Source of the DNA: Vezdaea acicularis
Lineage: Eukaryota
Length of the DNA: 50,787 bases
Direction of reading: 5' to 3'
Assembly: GCA_026025075.1 (NCBI GenBank)
Contig: JAPEUI010000054.1
Coordinates: 62,001 to 112,787 of the forward strand
Positions 14,301-27,318 of the stretch are shown piece by piece. Below the pieces are notes generated by a model. That model saw only the letters and a program-made list of their open reading frames with translations, was not told the DNA's origin and searched no databases. How positions within the stretch are numbered: the stretch's first letter is position 1; each line of letters starts with the position of its first letter. The position numbers and the translations under genes were made by a program.

Positions 14301-14465
14301 CAGATATTCCCTAAGGCTTTTCGTGCAGAGCTGCTTTTACCATTCCGCAAGAAAGTCATACGGACACTTATGAAAGTTCTCGATGACCCGAAGCGAACGG
14401 TACGGAAGGAGGCTGTGGATTGTAGGACGCTATGGTTGGGGTTAGACGAACCAGAGGAAAATTGA
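11338..14465 (+). CDS. MET18: MMS19/Met18 cytosolic Fe-S assembly targeting factor, spliced
   Basis: GEKDPRNLM, CYFPITFRPPPGDPYGIT, C-terminal LDDPKRTVRKEAVDCR. HEAT-repeat-like composition. Confidence 0.95.
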
Positions 14466-14640
14466 GCCGCTGCCCACGCTTTAGGATCTGCTTAGGAATT
14501 CGTATAGGGTTATATCTCATGTTGCAATATCCTGTTTGTTATTGTATGCACAGATCATGAGGTTGTTGGGAAACTGTATAATGCAAGCGCGTCTTTCTAA
14601 GTGCCTTCAACCCTTCATGGACCTGGACATCTGAGGGGCC

Positions 14641-16206
14641 CTACCGGGCTACTTCACAAAGCTCGTTTGGGGCTCTTTCTGCAGAAGCCTTCTCCTGTTC
14701 GTCCTCGATCGCCGCCATCTAACTTCACATTAGCGCAATCAGCTCCCGAGTTCACGTCATACTCACTCGCTGGAATAGTCCAATTCGGCCTCTCGGCCTA
14801 GATCGAACGTGTCTACCAGCAAGGGCAGCATCATACGGCCGATATAATCCATGTAAACCAGCATGAAGAAATTTACACCAGTTGGGATGGCTGCATTGAC
14901 CTCTTTGCTCATCCATAAGACACCTTTGAGGCGCCAGAGACTCGGCCGGCCTAACATCAGAAGAATGGTCTTCAGCTCTAGCTCTACCAGGGGCTGAGTA
15001 TAAACTAGAGCCTGGGCCAGAGCCTGAGCCAGACGGCTTGCTGAGGTTTTCATTGGTCGTGAACTTGCCGCTGCCTTCTTCGGTCCCCCCATTCGTTGTA
15101 ATTTTGTCAAGCGAACCCGATATTGTACCATGGTCAAATCCGGCTGATGTCTCATCCGACAGGGCATTTGCTGTCCGTTGCTTCGCACATTTGAGCACAT
15201 ATCGGTCTTCCTTAAGCCCCCATTGAGCTTTCTCCCCTATTGCTTTCAATTGTTCGGAAGTCTGAGTACCTTTCAATTTGTGAAGCTTGCGAGCCCCATA
15301 TCCGTTGGTCTCTCCTTGCTCGGCTCCCTCTACTGCATTTTCAACCTGCCCTTGTACTTTGTCATGAGGTCTTATTGAGGAGGATTGTTGAAGTGCTCGA
15401 GTGCCATGTTCCTTGTGCGCTTGCTGCAACTTCTCGACCATGCGGCGCTTTGTAGGATAGCGGTTCCTGCGCTCCTCTAACCATGCTGCAAGCTCACTAG
15501 GATTGTCAAGATGGGTTTCTTTACCCTTGAAGACAAAACTAAGACTCTTGGCGGAAGCAGCCTTTCCAGCGACCACTTCCTCATCGACTGCCTCCTCTTC
15601 ACCTTTTCCTTCTTCCTCGCCTTCAGTATACAGACCAGGTGTCAAACCTAAACTATTGAATTTGCGTTTCTTATCTACATGATCGAGAGATCCTTCACTG
15701 CTCGTAGGACATGGCGGAAGGGCAATGGCGGAGAAATTGGGCACTGCAGGAGCAGTCTTGACTTTCCTTGCACTCTCAAAAATGCCACTGGGGCGGTGAT
15801 CATACTTGTGATCCCTTGGCTGGAAGACTACACGCCCGTTACTGGATCTAGCTTTTCCTGATGGCTGCGTTATGTACGGATGTTGGACCCCTTGTCCTCC
15901 CGGTAGTCGAGAACATGAAGCCGCATTTGCACCCGTTGCAACGTTGTGGCCCACCGGATCCCCCGCTATCTCAATATCATCCTTGCTGCTCGGGTAATGG
16001 GGTGATGTATTGTGGGTGCTGTCAAGGCTTTGTGACGGATGATTTCGACTCCAGGAATTTCCTCTGTTTCCTACACGAGTGGTCCCACCACGACGCCCTC
16101 TAGCACGCACGTACGAGAAATCGACATAAACATTGTTGATGTCCCGCTGAACTACGCGTGGCGGTGGAGGTGGAGGAGGAAAAATAAACGGCGACTTTGA
16201 GGTCAT
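14641..16206 (-). CDS. NUFIP1/Rsa1-domain protein with a CCCH-like zinc finger
   Basis: ELAAWLEERRNRYPT resembles the NUFIP1 motif. CLMDEQRGQCSHPNWCKFLH is a CCCH-like finger. A GTGAGT intron near 14766 leads to a short last exon ending TAG at 14641. Confidence 0.7.
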
Positions 16207-16497
16207 TACCCTGTTGTGAGGGGTAAAGCTACAGAATGCGCATCACCAACGCAACATTAGCTGTAGGAATTGAAGACTGTCCAATGGCGGGTAGAATATC
16301 TAGAAGATTTCGAACCGAGTCAAAGCGGCAATTTCCGGTGATCACGTTTCTCGCATGGAGAGATTGGTGACGCTAAGAAAAGTCTCGGCAACCACCACAA
16401 CCTCCCTACTTCCTTAACAACTGCGTATTTAGGAAGCGGATCAACAGGAACACTCGATCGACTGTTTTCTGCTGTATTAAGCTTCAAATACACAAAG

Positions 16498-17592
16498 ATG
16501 TATGAGCACCACACTTCTTGGTTACCCTTGATACTGCTGTAGAGCGCAATTGACAGGTACGTAACAGGTTTCTCATACGCCGCGCCGCTTTCAGAGCGAC
16601 GTCCGTAGGCCCATCGCTCCTCCTCAAACCTCGCTATCTTACTACGACTACCCCGTTTATTACACGTTCAAAACGATCGGCCTTAGCCTTTTCTGAGCAA
16701 CGTCGATTTGCCAGTAACGAGGCAGAGGAGAAGCAGCTCAATTCTCAAGAAGCTATTGACGATGATTCGAAATTTCCGAATCCTACAAGTGTGACCCATG
16801 AATCAGACCCTTCTCCCGAAGATCTCTCTGGTGTAACGGAAGAAAACTCCCAGGACAGGAGTGGTGCTGCCGAGGCCCCTGAAGCCGAAAAAGACAAGAA
16901 AGATGCAATTTCTCGACCCGCACCTTCCACCGAGTTCAAGAGAAACCCACATACAACTGCCTTTCTTGGAAACCTTTTCTTCGAAGTAACCGAGGAAGAT
17001 CTGATGGAAGAATTGAAGAGATTTGGCGAGATTGAGAACATAAAACTGATTCGGGATCAGAGAGGTTTAAGCAAAGGGTGAGTTTCTTGCACCCGCTTGA
17101 GGCTAGCCCTAACAGGAAAAGCTGACATGAGCCGGAAGATTTGGCTTCGTGAACTTTAAGGACACCGAATCAAGAGATCGCGCAATTAGAGAGCTGCATG
17201 ACGAGGTCTTTGGTGGTCGTCGAATCATTGTTCAGCCCGGACAAAACTCACCGCAAAAACGACGTAATGAAGCAGGTCGCCCACGACACCCTCCTTCCAA
17301 TACACTCTTCGTGGCTAATCTATCATTCGAAATGTCGGACGCCGAACTTAACAACATTTTTAGTGAACTTAGAGGCGTTACCGGCGTAAGAGTAGCTATC
17401 GACAAGCGCACAGGGCAACCGCGAGGCTTTGCACACGCAGAATTTGTCGATGTCGAGAGCGCAGTGAACGCGAAGGAACAGCTGGGTGGGAAAGTTCTTT
17501 ATGGACGGGACCTCTATCTCGACTTTGCGCCCCCTAGAGCAGACACGTCTCCATATGGTCGACCCCATTCAGAGCACCAACCACGTCTATGA
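16498..17592 (+). CDS. Two-RRM RNA-binding protein, probably mitochondrial
   Basis: RNP motifs AFLGNL / SKG-FGFVNF and LFVANL / PRGFAHAEF. Arg/Ser-rich leader MFLIRRAAFRATS appears after removing intron 16500-16567. Confidence 0.82.
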
Positions 17593-18130
17593 GTATTATA
17601 TTAGTGTGCCCGTGCTCTAGGCTTGTCTGGAATTGAGGAAATCTGCTTCAGGTAGCAGAATTTACATGTTACAGAGCTTGCTTCATTTATACCTAGGACG
17701 TGGTCAGAATTAGGGACGCTGCATTCTCTCGTGTCCTTTTTATGCTTTGATCTCCATAAGCTGTATAATGATACATAGCATTTCACGGCGTAGGTACAAG
17801 AATTTAAACTCTCCTCTGGCTATCTTCTAGAGGCAGCTATCGAAATGTAGACTCATGATAATGCTGCACCCCGGAATACCTTCTAGCGATAGAATCTCAC
17901 GTGATTGCTTCCAAAGGACCTCGGATGATTCGCAATGTTTTGCCGACGCCTCGTGGCTGACAGCCCATCCACAAGCATCTGGTGTCCTTCCTGAACACTG
18001 AGCATCTGTGTTCTGTACGTGATGCATCACTCGAATAGTCAAGGACATACCATTTTCCTGCAAGTACAGTAGTTTATTATCACATTCATACCTTTGTTGA
18101 CAATATAAATCATACGGGCGAGACCTTGCA

Positions 18131-20149
18131 ATGTCTTTCCTTGGTGGCGCTGAATGTGCTACTGGAGCCAATCCGTTAGCTCAGTTCACGAAGCACGTCC
18201 AAGATGACAAGACGTTACAAAGAGATAGGCTTGTTGGGCAAGACTCTGGAGGAATTCAAGGTGGTATTCGGAGTAATGGCGTGATCGGACAGCAGGACCA
18301 GGTGAGCTTGAGACATCTAACTCCCTGTGGTTATCTCTTTCAACGGAGACTAACCACTTGCCCTAAGATGATGGAAGAGTTCTCAAAGCCTGCAATCCTA
18401 CAGCCAGGTCTGACCACACCGTTTGCCATGGACCAAATGCGAAGAGAGCTGGAGACTTTTCAAGCACCGCCTCTACGAACTCATAATATATCCAGCAGAT
18501 GGGCATCCGAGTACACCCCACAAACTCCATCCCAAAGAATAACAGATTCAAGTTTTCAGGCGTCCAATCTATATGGATTCAGTGCATCGGAGTTTGCTAC
18601 TTTCCAGCAAAGTAGCGACGGTTTCATGCAGCGAATAAGTAGTCCAACCTCGAAAATCACGAATGGGATGAATGCCTATCGCTATCCTATGGGTATGGGA
18701 ATGTATTCTGGAATGAGTAATACCAACATGGGATTGGTAAATCAGCCACTGTCTAATTTCCAGGGCAATGAGCAAGCTGTCGGCAATGGAAAAGGTAAAT
18801 CTCGAATGGTGGAGCTCGACATTAAGAATTGGGAAGAACAGTTCGCCCAATTAGACGCAGAAAGTGTGAAAGACCTTGAAACCGAGGCAAATGCAGCGAA
18901 TGAGAGAGAAATCAACCGCTTGGACAGGTCAGTCCCATCAGAAACCAATGAATTTGGAGACTTTGAATCTATATGGAAGGGCATACAAGCTGAGACTGCT
19001 GCTGCCAGGCAAATGGTTGGAGAAGACGCTAGGAACGACGAATATCACGCAGATCCACTTGATGAATGGGGCAATTTTGACGGATTAGGAACACATGGTG
19101 CTAGCTTTGGGGACCCCTATCTCGGCGACTATCTTTTCGAGGAGGAGAACATGTTCCTAGTTAGGGACGTTGCTGACCCATTCAGCGAAGGTATGCGGGT
19201 CATAGATGAAGGAGGCAATCTCACTTTAGCCGCCCTTGCTTTTGAGGCTGCTGTGCAGAAGGATCCTAAACACGGAGATGCATGGTCGATGCTTGGTGCC
19301 ACCCAGGCCCAGAACGAGAAGGAATCGGCTGCCATTCGTGCCCTCGAGCAAGCTCTTAAACTCGACCCGTCGAACCTTGCTGCGTTAATGGGACTAGCCG
19401 TCTCTTATACGAATGAGGGGTATGATTCGACGGCCTACCGTACGCTCGAGCGATGGCTCGTTACGAAATATCCGCAGATTGTTGATAAGTCAGAACTAAA
19501 CTCTAGTATTGATGTTGATGTTGGGTTCACGGAGAGACACATCCTCCACGAAAAGGTCACTGACCTATTTATCCGCGCGGCACAGCTTTCTCCTGACGGC
19601 GAACACATGGACCCCGACGTCCAGGTTGGTCTAGGCGTACTCTTTTATGGTGCCGAGGAGTTCGACAAAGCCGTGGACTGCTTTTCTGCGGCTTTGGCGT
19701 CTACGGAAAGTGGGACCAGCAACCAACGCCAACAGGTCCACCTACTCTGGAACCGACTTGGCGCCACTTTGGCGAACTCAGGTCGATCGGAAGAAGCCAT
19801 CACAGCATATGAAAAGGCGCTCACAATCAATCCCAACTTCGTGCGGGCGCGATATAACCTGGGCGTTAGCTGCATCAACATTGGCTGCTACGAAGAAGCG
19901 GCACAACACCTTCTGGGAGCCCTTGATATGCATAGGTGGGTAGAGCAAGAAGGGCGCGAGTGGGCCCGGGAGGTGGTCGGAGGAGGTGTGAGCGATAGAG
20001 AGCTCGAGCGGATAGTTGCACAGAACGAGAGCACGAATCTGTACGATACTCTTCGACGCGTCTTTGTCCAAATGGATCGACAAGATTTGAGCGAGAGGGT
20101 CGTCCCCGGAATGGACGTGGAGAGCTTCCGTGGAGAGTTCGACTTTTAG
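18131..20149 (+). CDS. PEX5: Peroxisomal PTS1 receptor
   Basis: MSFLGGAEC N-terminus with conserved Cys, WxxxF/Y motifs (WASEY, WEEQF), TPRs including LWNRLGATLANSGRSEEA and FVRARYNLGVSCINIG. Probable in-frame intron ~18302-18367. Confidence 0.97.
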   Translation: MSFLGGAECATGANPLAQFTKHVQDDKTLQRDRLVGQDSGGIQGGIRSNGVIGQQDQVSLRHLTPCGYLFQRRLTTCPKMMEEFSKPAILQPGLTTPFAMDQMRRELETFQAPPLRTHNISSRWASEYTPQTPSQRITDSSFQASNLYGFSASEFATFQQSSDGFMQRISSPTSKITNGMNAYRYPMGMGMYSGMSNTNMGLVNQPLSNFQGNEQAVGNGKGKSRMVELDIKNWEEQFAQLDAESVKDLETEANAANEREINRLDRSVPSETNEFGDFESIWKGIQAETAAARQMVGEDARNDEYHADPLDEWGNFDGLGTHGASFGDPYLGDYLFEEENMFLVRDVADPFSEGMRVIDEGGNLTLAALAFEAAVQKDPKHGDAWSMLGATQAQNEKESAAIRALEQALKLDPSNLAALMGLAVSYTNEGYDSTAYRTLERWLVTKYPQIVDKSELNSSIDVDVGFTERHILHEKVTDLFIRAAQLSPDGEHMDPDVQVGLGVLFYGAEEFDKAVDCFSAALASTESGTSNQRQQVHLLWNRLGATLANSGRSEEAITAYEKALTINPNFVRARYNLGVSCINIGCYEEAAQHLLGALDMHRWVEQEGREWAREVVGGGVSDRELERIVAQNESTNLYDTLRRVFVQMDRQDLSERVVPGMDVESFRGEFDF

Positions 20150-21544
20150 CATGGCTATAGAAACATCGCTATGTCGTTTCTGGGCAGGATGTTCTGCATT
20201 GAGTGCATGCCTCCACATACACGCAGGCTTGCTCGGAGAAATTGCAATCATTCGGCTACAGCAGCCCCTCATATCTACCCGATAGGAGATATGAGTGTGT
20301 AATACATATAAGCTGGACATGCCGGTCTTTGCCGGGCGGAGCATCTCGCGGCGATGCTCCTTCAATGCTCCACTCTGCTCCCCGCCGCGCCGTGAGGCTT
20401 CTCAAAACATACGTCAAGTCCTCCAAGGATCCACATTTTGGGTGGGCTGCGCGTGGGGTCGACTGAAGCTAATCCAGCCAAGGGAAGCTCGAAGGCAGCC
20501 ACGGGCTGTCTTGGCAGAAGCTTAATGGTGGTGAACCCTATCGTTTCTGCGCTACGGACGACAAGTACGTGTGGCGTCCGCCTCAGACAGGATCCAATAG
20601 CTTCCAGCTCGGGAAAGGGCCTGGAAGGATTGTTTGTCGATACCCCAGACCTCTTTTTGCTGAGTATGGACAAGTGATATGTATTTCCTCGTGCAAGCCT
20701 TGTTCGTGCGAAGCCATCCCTTTCAAGCGAGCCCTACACCGAACGACATTCCCAATGTAACAGAGCTATCGTCCATGTCAGAATGCGTCATCGTGATACG
20801 GGAGCGGGAGCTGAGCTCCCGAGAAGCGAGCTCCTCGGCCCCGGTTGCCGTCACCAGCTGTTGTCATGGCTCATCCCGCAGACCCGTCCACGAACTCAAG
20901 AGGGGAGAAAGCATGAGGTTGTCCCAATTAACATAGCCATGCAGATGCATTGCTCATCGCACGTGCGCCGGTTGATTGGCCGTCAGCCCTGCCCGGTGCT
21001 GTTCCGAGTCGAGGGGGTGTTCGCGACTGTCCGCGCCACCCGTCTGGTCTCGCACTTGCGCTTGCACGGTAATCGTCAAACTCTGACCTTAATTCTCTTA
21101 GCGGGCCCACCTACCTCATCTTGCCTCGCATATGCTTGAGCCTTCCCCGTCGTCATTCGACCACTCACCGTCGATTTCTCCGACCCACGGCTTCAGACAG
21201 TGCCCGAGCAGAGCTGTTATCAACGAAACCTCTTCACGCCGTGCACGATCCATAGACTAAAATTCGAGGACCCCACACACTGGTTGGCCAATCCGTCCAC
21301 GCGTTTAGCAGCGTTGCACCCTCCATCATGCGAGCCGTGCTCGTTCGTCCACATATGGTTGTTTTCCAGCGCTGTGGTGTAGGGAAGGCGTGGCCTATAT
21401 AGAGTCTCTGGCCACCCAATCCTATTCGCGCCCAATGTGACAAGGTCTTCGCCCTTTTGGAAAGGGTACTGACATTGTACTCCTCTGTCGTCCTCCTTTG
21501 CTTGCGCTATCGACGGTAAGGCCCTGACCTGCCGGTGACGGAGT

Positions 21545-23653
21545 ATGGCAGAACCCAAAGCTGCAGGAGGACCTCCCAACCCACGTGCAAATCATGATCT
21601 CAATGAGGGCGAGATCTTCAATCATATCCTTCGGCCCTCCGACAGCTACGATGAGAATGGAGTGTACTGGGCAGATCTGCCCATGGGGAAGAGGATCGCA
21701 TTCGTAAATCGTGTCAACAATGTCGAGGCCGCGCGGGAATTACGGCTCATCGGTTCAATGACCAAAAGAGACCCTTTAAGTCCTGTCAGCGCGTACTTTA
21801 GGAATTTTGTCATTCCTGGTCTCGGATTAGGTCTTGAGGGGTGAGCTAATCCTTATTCCTCCCCTCGCTCAACATTGAATGGCATCCACTAAATATCTCT
21901 TAGCTATGTTTTGTTCTCTATCGGGAACGTGAAGCCTCTCTTTCAGGCCGCGTTCGCGTCTTGCTGGAAAAGTCACAAGATCTGCAATCCACAGTGGATC
22001 AATGCTGTAGATTACCTTGAAATACTCGGCATCATTGTTGGCCAGATTCTTGTTGGCATCCTAGGAGACTGGTGAGGATCTATTTCGCGTACCCAAGGAT
22101 ACGGGCTAATAATCGTTTCCTTCTGCAGGCTTGGCCGAAGATGGGGTCTCATCCAAGATGCCACGATCATGTTCATTGGCTTGATCATGCTGACAGCGTC
22201 ATGGGGTGTGACTCAGAACGGATGGGTCATCTGTTACGCCTGGTCTCTTTTCTTCTATGGTGTCGGCGTTGGTGGAGAATATCCCATGACCGCCACATCC
22301 GGTATGGAAAACGCGGTAGGCAATGGCCGTGTTGATGGGAGGCAAGATCGTCTACATCGAGGCCGCAAGGTCACCAGTGCCTTCCTAATGCAGGGCTGGG
22401 GACAGTTCTTCAACCAATTCATATTGATCCTGCTTTTGCTGATCTTCCACCACGGCAGCGGAAACCCCCCATACTCAGAGAGGGCAGCCCAATGGACTTT
22501 CAGAGTCTCCTTTGCAATTCCGGCTGTTGGAACCCTCTGGCTTGTCTACTACCGTACCTACAAGATGAGAGCGGCTAGTAAGCAGCTGGTGAATGCTAAG
22601 AAAAGGACCAGTGTAACCGGATATGATGTCAAGGCACTCAAATATGCCTTCACCTATTTCGGGCCAAGAATGTTAGCGACTGCTGGCGCATGGTTTTGCA
22701 ATGACATTTTCTTCTACGGCAACAAGCTTTTCCAAAGCGAGTTTATTGCAGTTATCAGCCCAAACAATCACTCGGTTGTTGAGGGCTGGCTCTACAATTT
22801 GATCAACGTTGGAGTTAGCCTATGCGGTTACTACCTAGCCTGTAAGTAACATTCACTCGTCGAGAACTGATAGTCGGGAAAGTTGACACTCGGCATAGCA
22901 TTCCTCATTGACAACAAACTATACGGCCGAAAGTACATGCAAATTGTTGGCTTCCTTCTTGACTTCATCTTGTTCATTGTCCCTGCATTTCATTTCCATT
23001 ACTATACCTCAATCAAGGGTGTTACGGCCTTTCAAACCATGTATTTTCTATCCTCGTTCTTCAATCAGTTCGGCCCCAACGCTGTAACTTTCATCGTCGC
23101 CGCTGAGGTTTACCCTACCCCAATCCGCGCAACCGCGCACGGTTTCTCCGCAGCTGTGGGAAAACTAGGTGCATTGACCGCCGCGGTCATGTACAATTAC
23201 ATTACGACACAGCAAGTGTTTTACGTGGTCCCGTGGTTTGGTTTGTTCGGCGCAGCAATCACCTTTCTCTTCCTCCCCGATACGACTGGCCTAGATCTCT
23301 TTGAGCAGGAGCGCCGCTGGAGATGCATTCGCGATGGGCGCGAACACGAATATCATGGTGCTGCGGTCCACCCGAAGCATCTCTCGCTCTGGGAGCGGCT
23401 TCGGGGCGTGGGCAAGTATCACGATGAAGATTTGGATAAGGCGGAGAAAGTCAGAGAGCTTGAGGCGGAATGGAATGAGAAGATGGCCTGGAGGGCACAG
23501 GAAAGCAACAAGGCGGCGACGATGGGTGATGATGGATATGAAGGGTCTAACGATTATGACTTCACTCCCGAGATGTCAACCTATTACGACTCAAAGTCGC
23601 AGCTTATGCTGGGCGAGAAGCGTGTTCCTGGCTCGGAGTCGGACTCATTGTAG
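21545..23653 (+). CDS. MFS transporter, PHO84/GIT1-like (phosphate or organophosphate), 4 exons
   Basis: GDW|LGRRWG, GVGVGGEYP, AFLMQGWG, QFGPNAVTF, AEVYPTPIRATAHGFSAAVGKLG. Confidence 0.85.
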
Positions 23654-24343
23654 TCCCCCTGGCTTATGTCCAGGTGACGTGGATTTTGCGAGGATGGCTT
23701 CTTGATGAACGCCTTTCCTTCACAGTCTCTTCTAGCTATGACTTTCACAATGATTTCACTGATAATGTATGATATTGTTCAGTCTTCGTTGACCAGGATA
23801 TTCAAGAAAAAAATTGTATGGTAGAATCCTCGGGATAAAATTAGCAACTTCTTAACGGTGTTCACCCAATGAAAACGTTCCGAGGCATGAGCCTTTAAAG
23901 CACCATTTGAGCAGCACCCAGAGTATCCCCTCCTAGAGACGCTTTGTTTCCTTGCTGGGTATTTTTGATCGTAATAACTCGGGCTTTATCTGAAAACTTG
24001 AGTTCAAGACGTTGTTTCCTGTAATGAGCTGATTATGCCAAAGTCCGATTCCATTGGATCCTTTGAGTGAAATGGGGATGGGGAAATTCAAGGTACTGCC
24101 GGCGCTAGTGTTTAGCGTAGCCGCGACGTTAACCGTGAAGCTAGAGCTTAAGATGCACCTTCAGGACCATCGTGTTTGCTACAACACTCTTCGGACGCAG
24201 CACGGGGCGTACCTGTAAATATCTCAACCACACACGGCTCCTTAATTCTGCACAAGCATCTTTCTTGCTAGTCTTGAATTTTATCAACGGAGCCTCTAGA
24301 GCAATAGGCAAGTTTGTCAAGAAGCTGTGGCAAGCCCCTAACA

Positions 24344-25027
24344 ATGCATATGACCACATCTCCAACTCTAAAGAGGAAACGAGAAGGAGTAGAACGTTCT
24401 GAAATAACGAAGAAAGAGTATAAGTAAGTTTAACCAACTTCGCTCTAATAGTTGCAAGCCTGGCGGTCTGAACATATCTATAGCTCGCTGGCCGGCTCTC
24501 CACCGTACGCGTCCACTACTCCCGGCTCGGAGACGTTTCTTACGCATTTCTCAGCAATAACTCACGCCTCACACTCTCTTTACTCACCCTTCCACCGACC
24601 TGGAGACGATCTACCCAAGTACCCAAGTCAAGATGCTCTGCCGCCGAAGAAACGATTGAAGCCTCTCAAATCCACGAAGTCCAAGGCTATGACGTTCATT
24701 GACCTGGTACCACCTGGCTCACCTACAAACACACGCTCACTCAAGGCCCTAGAGCGGTGTCACAAATGCAGCCGCCGACCAACAACGAAAGCTCTTCTGA
24801 ATGCGTACGTCGACTGCGAGGATTGCGGGGCAAGGACTTGCTTCATATGTATTCGAGAATGCGAGGCAGGAAATTGCCTTAGCAATATAACAAGAGACAA
24901 TAGCACAGATGCCGGTGGAGGTCGAAGAGTATGCGCAGCATGTTGTGTGGAAGATGGGGTCGAAGGCATTATATATTGCCGTGATTGTCGGAAGAGAAAT
25001 GGAAAAGGCGACGAAGATGAAAATTAA
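24344..25027 (+). CDS. Hypothetical protein with NLS-like KRKR and a C-terminal Cys-rich putative zinc-binding domain
   Basis: Exon 1 MHMTTSPTLKRKRE, GTAAGT intron ~24424-24483, then CHKC..CEDC..CFIC..C..C..CAACC..CRDC. Confidence 0.7.
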
Positions 25028-25337
25028 GTTCAGGCATTCCACCAGCAGCATATCATTGCTGTACATGCTTAAGATTACCATCATACAAGTCTTTGTTCTA
25101 TCTATCGCAAGGGAATATCAAGAGGGAGAATAACTACAAATACATGCATATTTAGGAACACGAGGTCCCGGCCGATCATTCAAGGAGTCAGTATCAACAT
25201 AAAACTATTTCTACATGAATATGCTATATCGTCTTCGAGAGCTATAAAGCCAAGAATTTTCCTTCTAACAATCGTGTAAGAACGTCACTATGCAATAACA
25301 AATGCGAAACTCCAAAGGGACATAGCTGACACCAATA

Positions 25338-26437
25338 TCATACAGCAGGTCCACACATATCTTTCCATGGTATTCGGCTTAGTCCGTTGGGAATGTGTGA
25401 CGCTTCCGCGGTCCAGGTTGCCAGAGTAACCTCAAAGGACCAAGCCAACAATGTCTTAACCCAATGCCTTTTCCGACCCCATATCGCCGTCTCCGCTACA
25501 GTCCCTACTCCGTTGAGAAAGAAAAATAGCCCGATGCGAACAAGGCTATCCCGGGGTAACAGAGGTGTCAAAGAGTATACGTGGAACCAACCCATCAGTA
25601 CGAACGCTCCCATTACGCCGAAGCCCCGAGCTATTGATACTGGAACACCAATTTTGGGCAGCCCGTACCGCAAAGGGTTATACGCCAAGCTCTGACAAGG
25701 GGATGCAAACGTGTTGTGCCACGTTTCGCTCCAGAACCCAGTCAAGCTATCAGCACGGTACAACGGACCGAAAAGCGCGGGTGAAGTCCTATACCTCAGG
25801 AGCAATTGCAAGGTGGTGAAGATTAAGTAGATGGCCAGCAGCACCTCAAACGCCAGGATCGTAGGCACATGCTGAGGAGCCGCCTGCAAGAGGGCGAATA
25901 TGCCTGCATGGATCGCAAGCTGCAATGGCTCTGAGAAATTCTCATCCAGTCGCGCCAGCCGGATATGATTCGGAGAGAACGACTCGTAACGCAGCTCCGT
26001 GAGGATGATCAGGGCGAAGAGACTTGGCGAGGGCCGTTTACCCGCGTTGTACATGGGGAGGTCGTTGCGCCGCGCGAAGATGTCCAGCATCTTCATTATG
26101 CCAATAATGACTACAACTCAACACATCAATGCCCTGCGGCAGCAGAAGCGCAGCGAAAAGTGAGCAGGCAAAGCGTACCAGCAAAATTCTGCACGCAGCG
26201 CGCTGGTCCGCAGCTGATCGGGGCAACCCATGAGCTCGCCCAGAAGCCTACCACGGATGCAAACGTGAACAGCTTGAACAAGCTGGCATGCCCGCGAACA
26301 TACACATAGATGGCAAGGTAGATGAATGCCGTAGGCAGTAGCAGGTAAACAATTGAAGCTGTGACTTCCTCGGCGAGAAGCACGTATGCCGGTGGGATGC
26401 TGGTGATATCCATGCGGATTAACCTTTCGTCCGCCAT
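25338..26437 (-). CDS. Membrane-bound O-acyltransferase (wax synthase/MBOAT_2-like), spliced
   Basis: Hydrophobic segments. PALFGPLYRADSLTGFWSETWHNTF and AFVLMGWFH (putative catalytic His). The start could alternatively be 26521. Confidence 0.78.
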
Positions 26438-27318
26438 GGCGCCGGGGCGCGCTAGCGACAGGCTCGCAGGAAGGGAAGACGAGGCGCTGAAAAGCCGACG
26501 GGTGATCCCCGAGGAATGCATCGCTCGGTCCTGTAGCTAATGTAGTAGAACAGCAATGGTACTATCGAAGCGGAAAAGGCATGAGCATTTGAATAACAGA
26601 GCTGTGGCATCTCTCGTAGAGCTAATAAGATCTTGTTCTTGCCGTATGTCCGGCCCGCTTAGACTGCTTGTCCTGTCTTATGGCACAGCCGGATAGCTTC
26701 CGGAATGCACCTTTTTCTTGTGCATTACTAACCTACAGTAGCGCCCCGCCCGCGCGGATGCATAACTTCCGTGGTCCGGCGAGTTGCCCAAATTCTCCGC
26801 TGTTCAGACTCATCCGTCATCGCTGTGCGTGAATTTGGGATAGTTCAGGCGCCAAAGTTTAGTAGGAGCTATCACTCGTGGTGATGCTCGGGGCGTAGGA
26901 CTGTGTTGTCGCATGACCTGCCTGACAAGGGAGATTTCGGGGGTTCCGGCGCTGATGATTGCTGCCAAGGTCGGCATGGGGGTTTTGGTTGGCCGACGGA
27001 ATGGTTCGGCGGACGGGCAAATAGGGCCGGGACGCTTGATGTCATTCATGAGTATTACGGAAACACGAAGAGGAGGGGGCCGCTCTTCTTTTGCGATTTG
27101 TTCTAATGGGGATAGCAGTATGACATTCATGAGTTCGAGGAGAGAGATGTTTGTAATTATGCACTGTCCGCCCTGGTATGTCTTATATAGCGCTACGGAT
27201 GCCCCTTTCGAAAGTTCAAGCCAAGAGTGGAATGTAGCCCCATAAGCCCTCTGCCTGAAACAGTTTTAGCCCTTTCTAAACCAGACTTTTCCCTCGGACT
27301 CTCCCTCAGAACTCTCGC

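Noticed and set aside
20203..21579. Many overlapping 60-120 aa ORFs
   Set aside because: No recognisable motifs. Expected by chance in GC-rich intergenic DNA.
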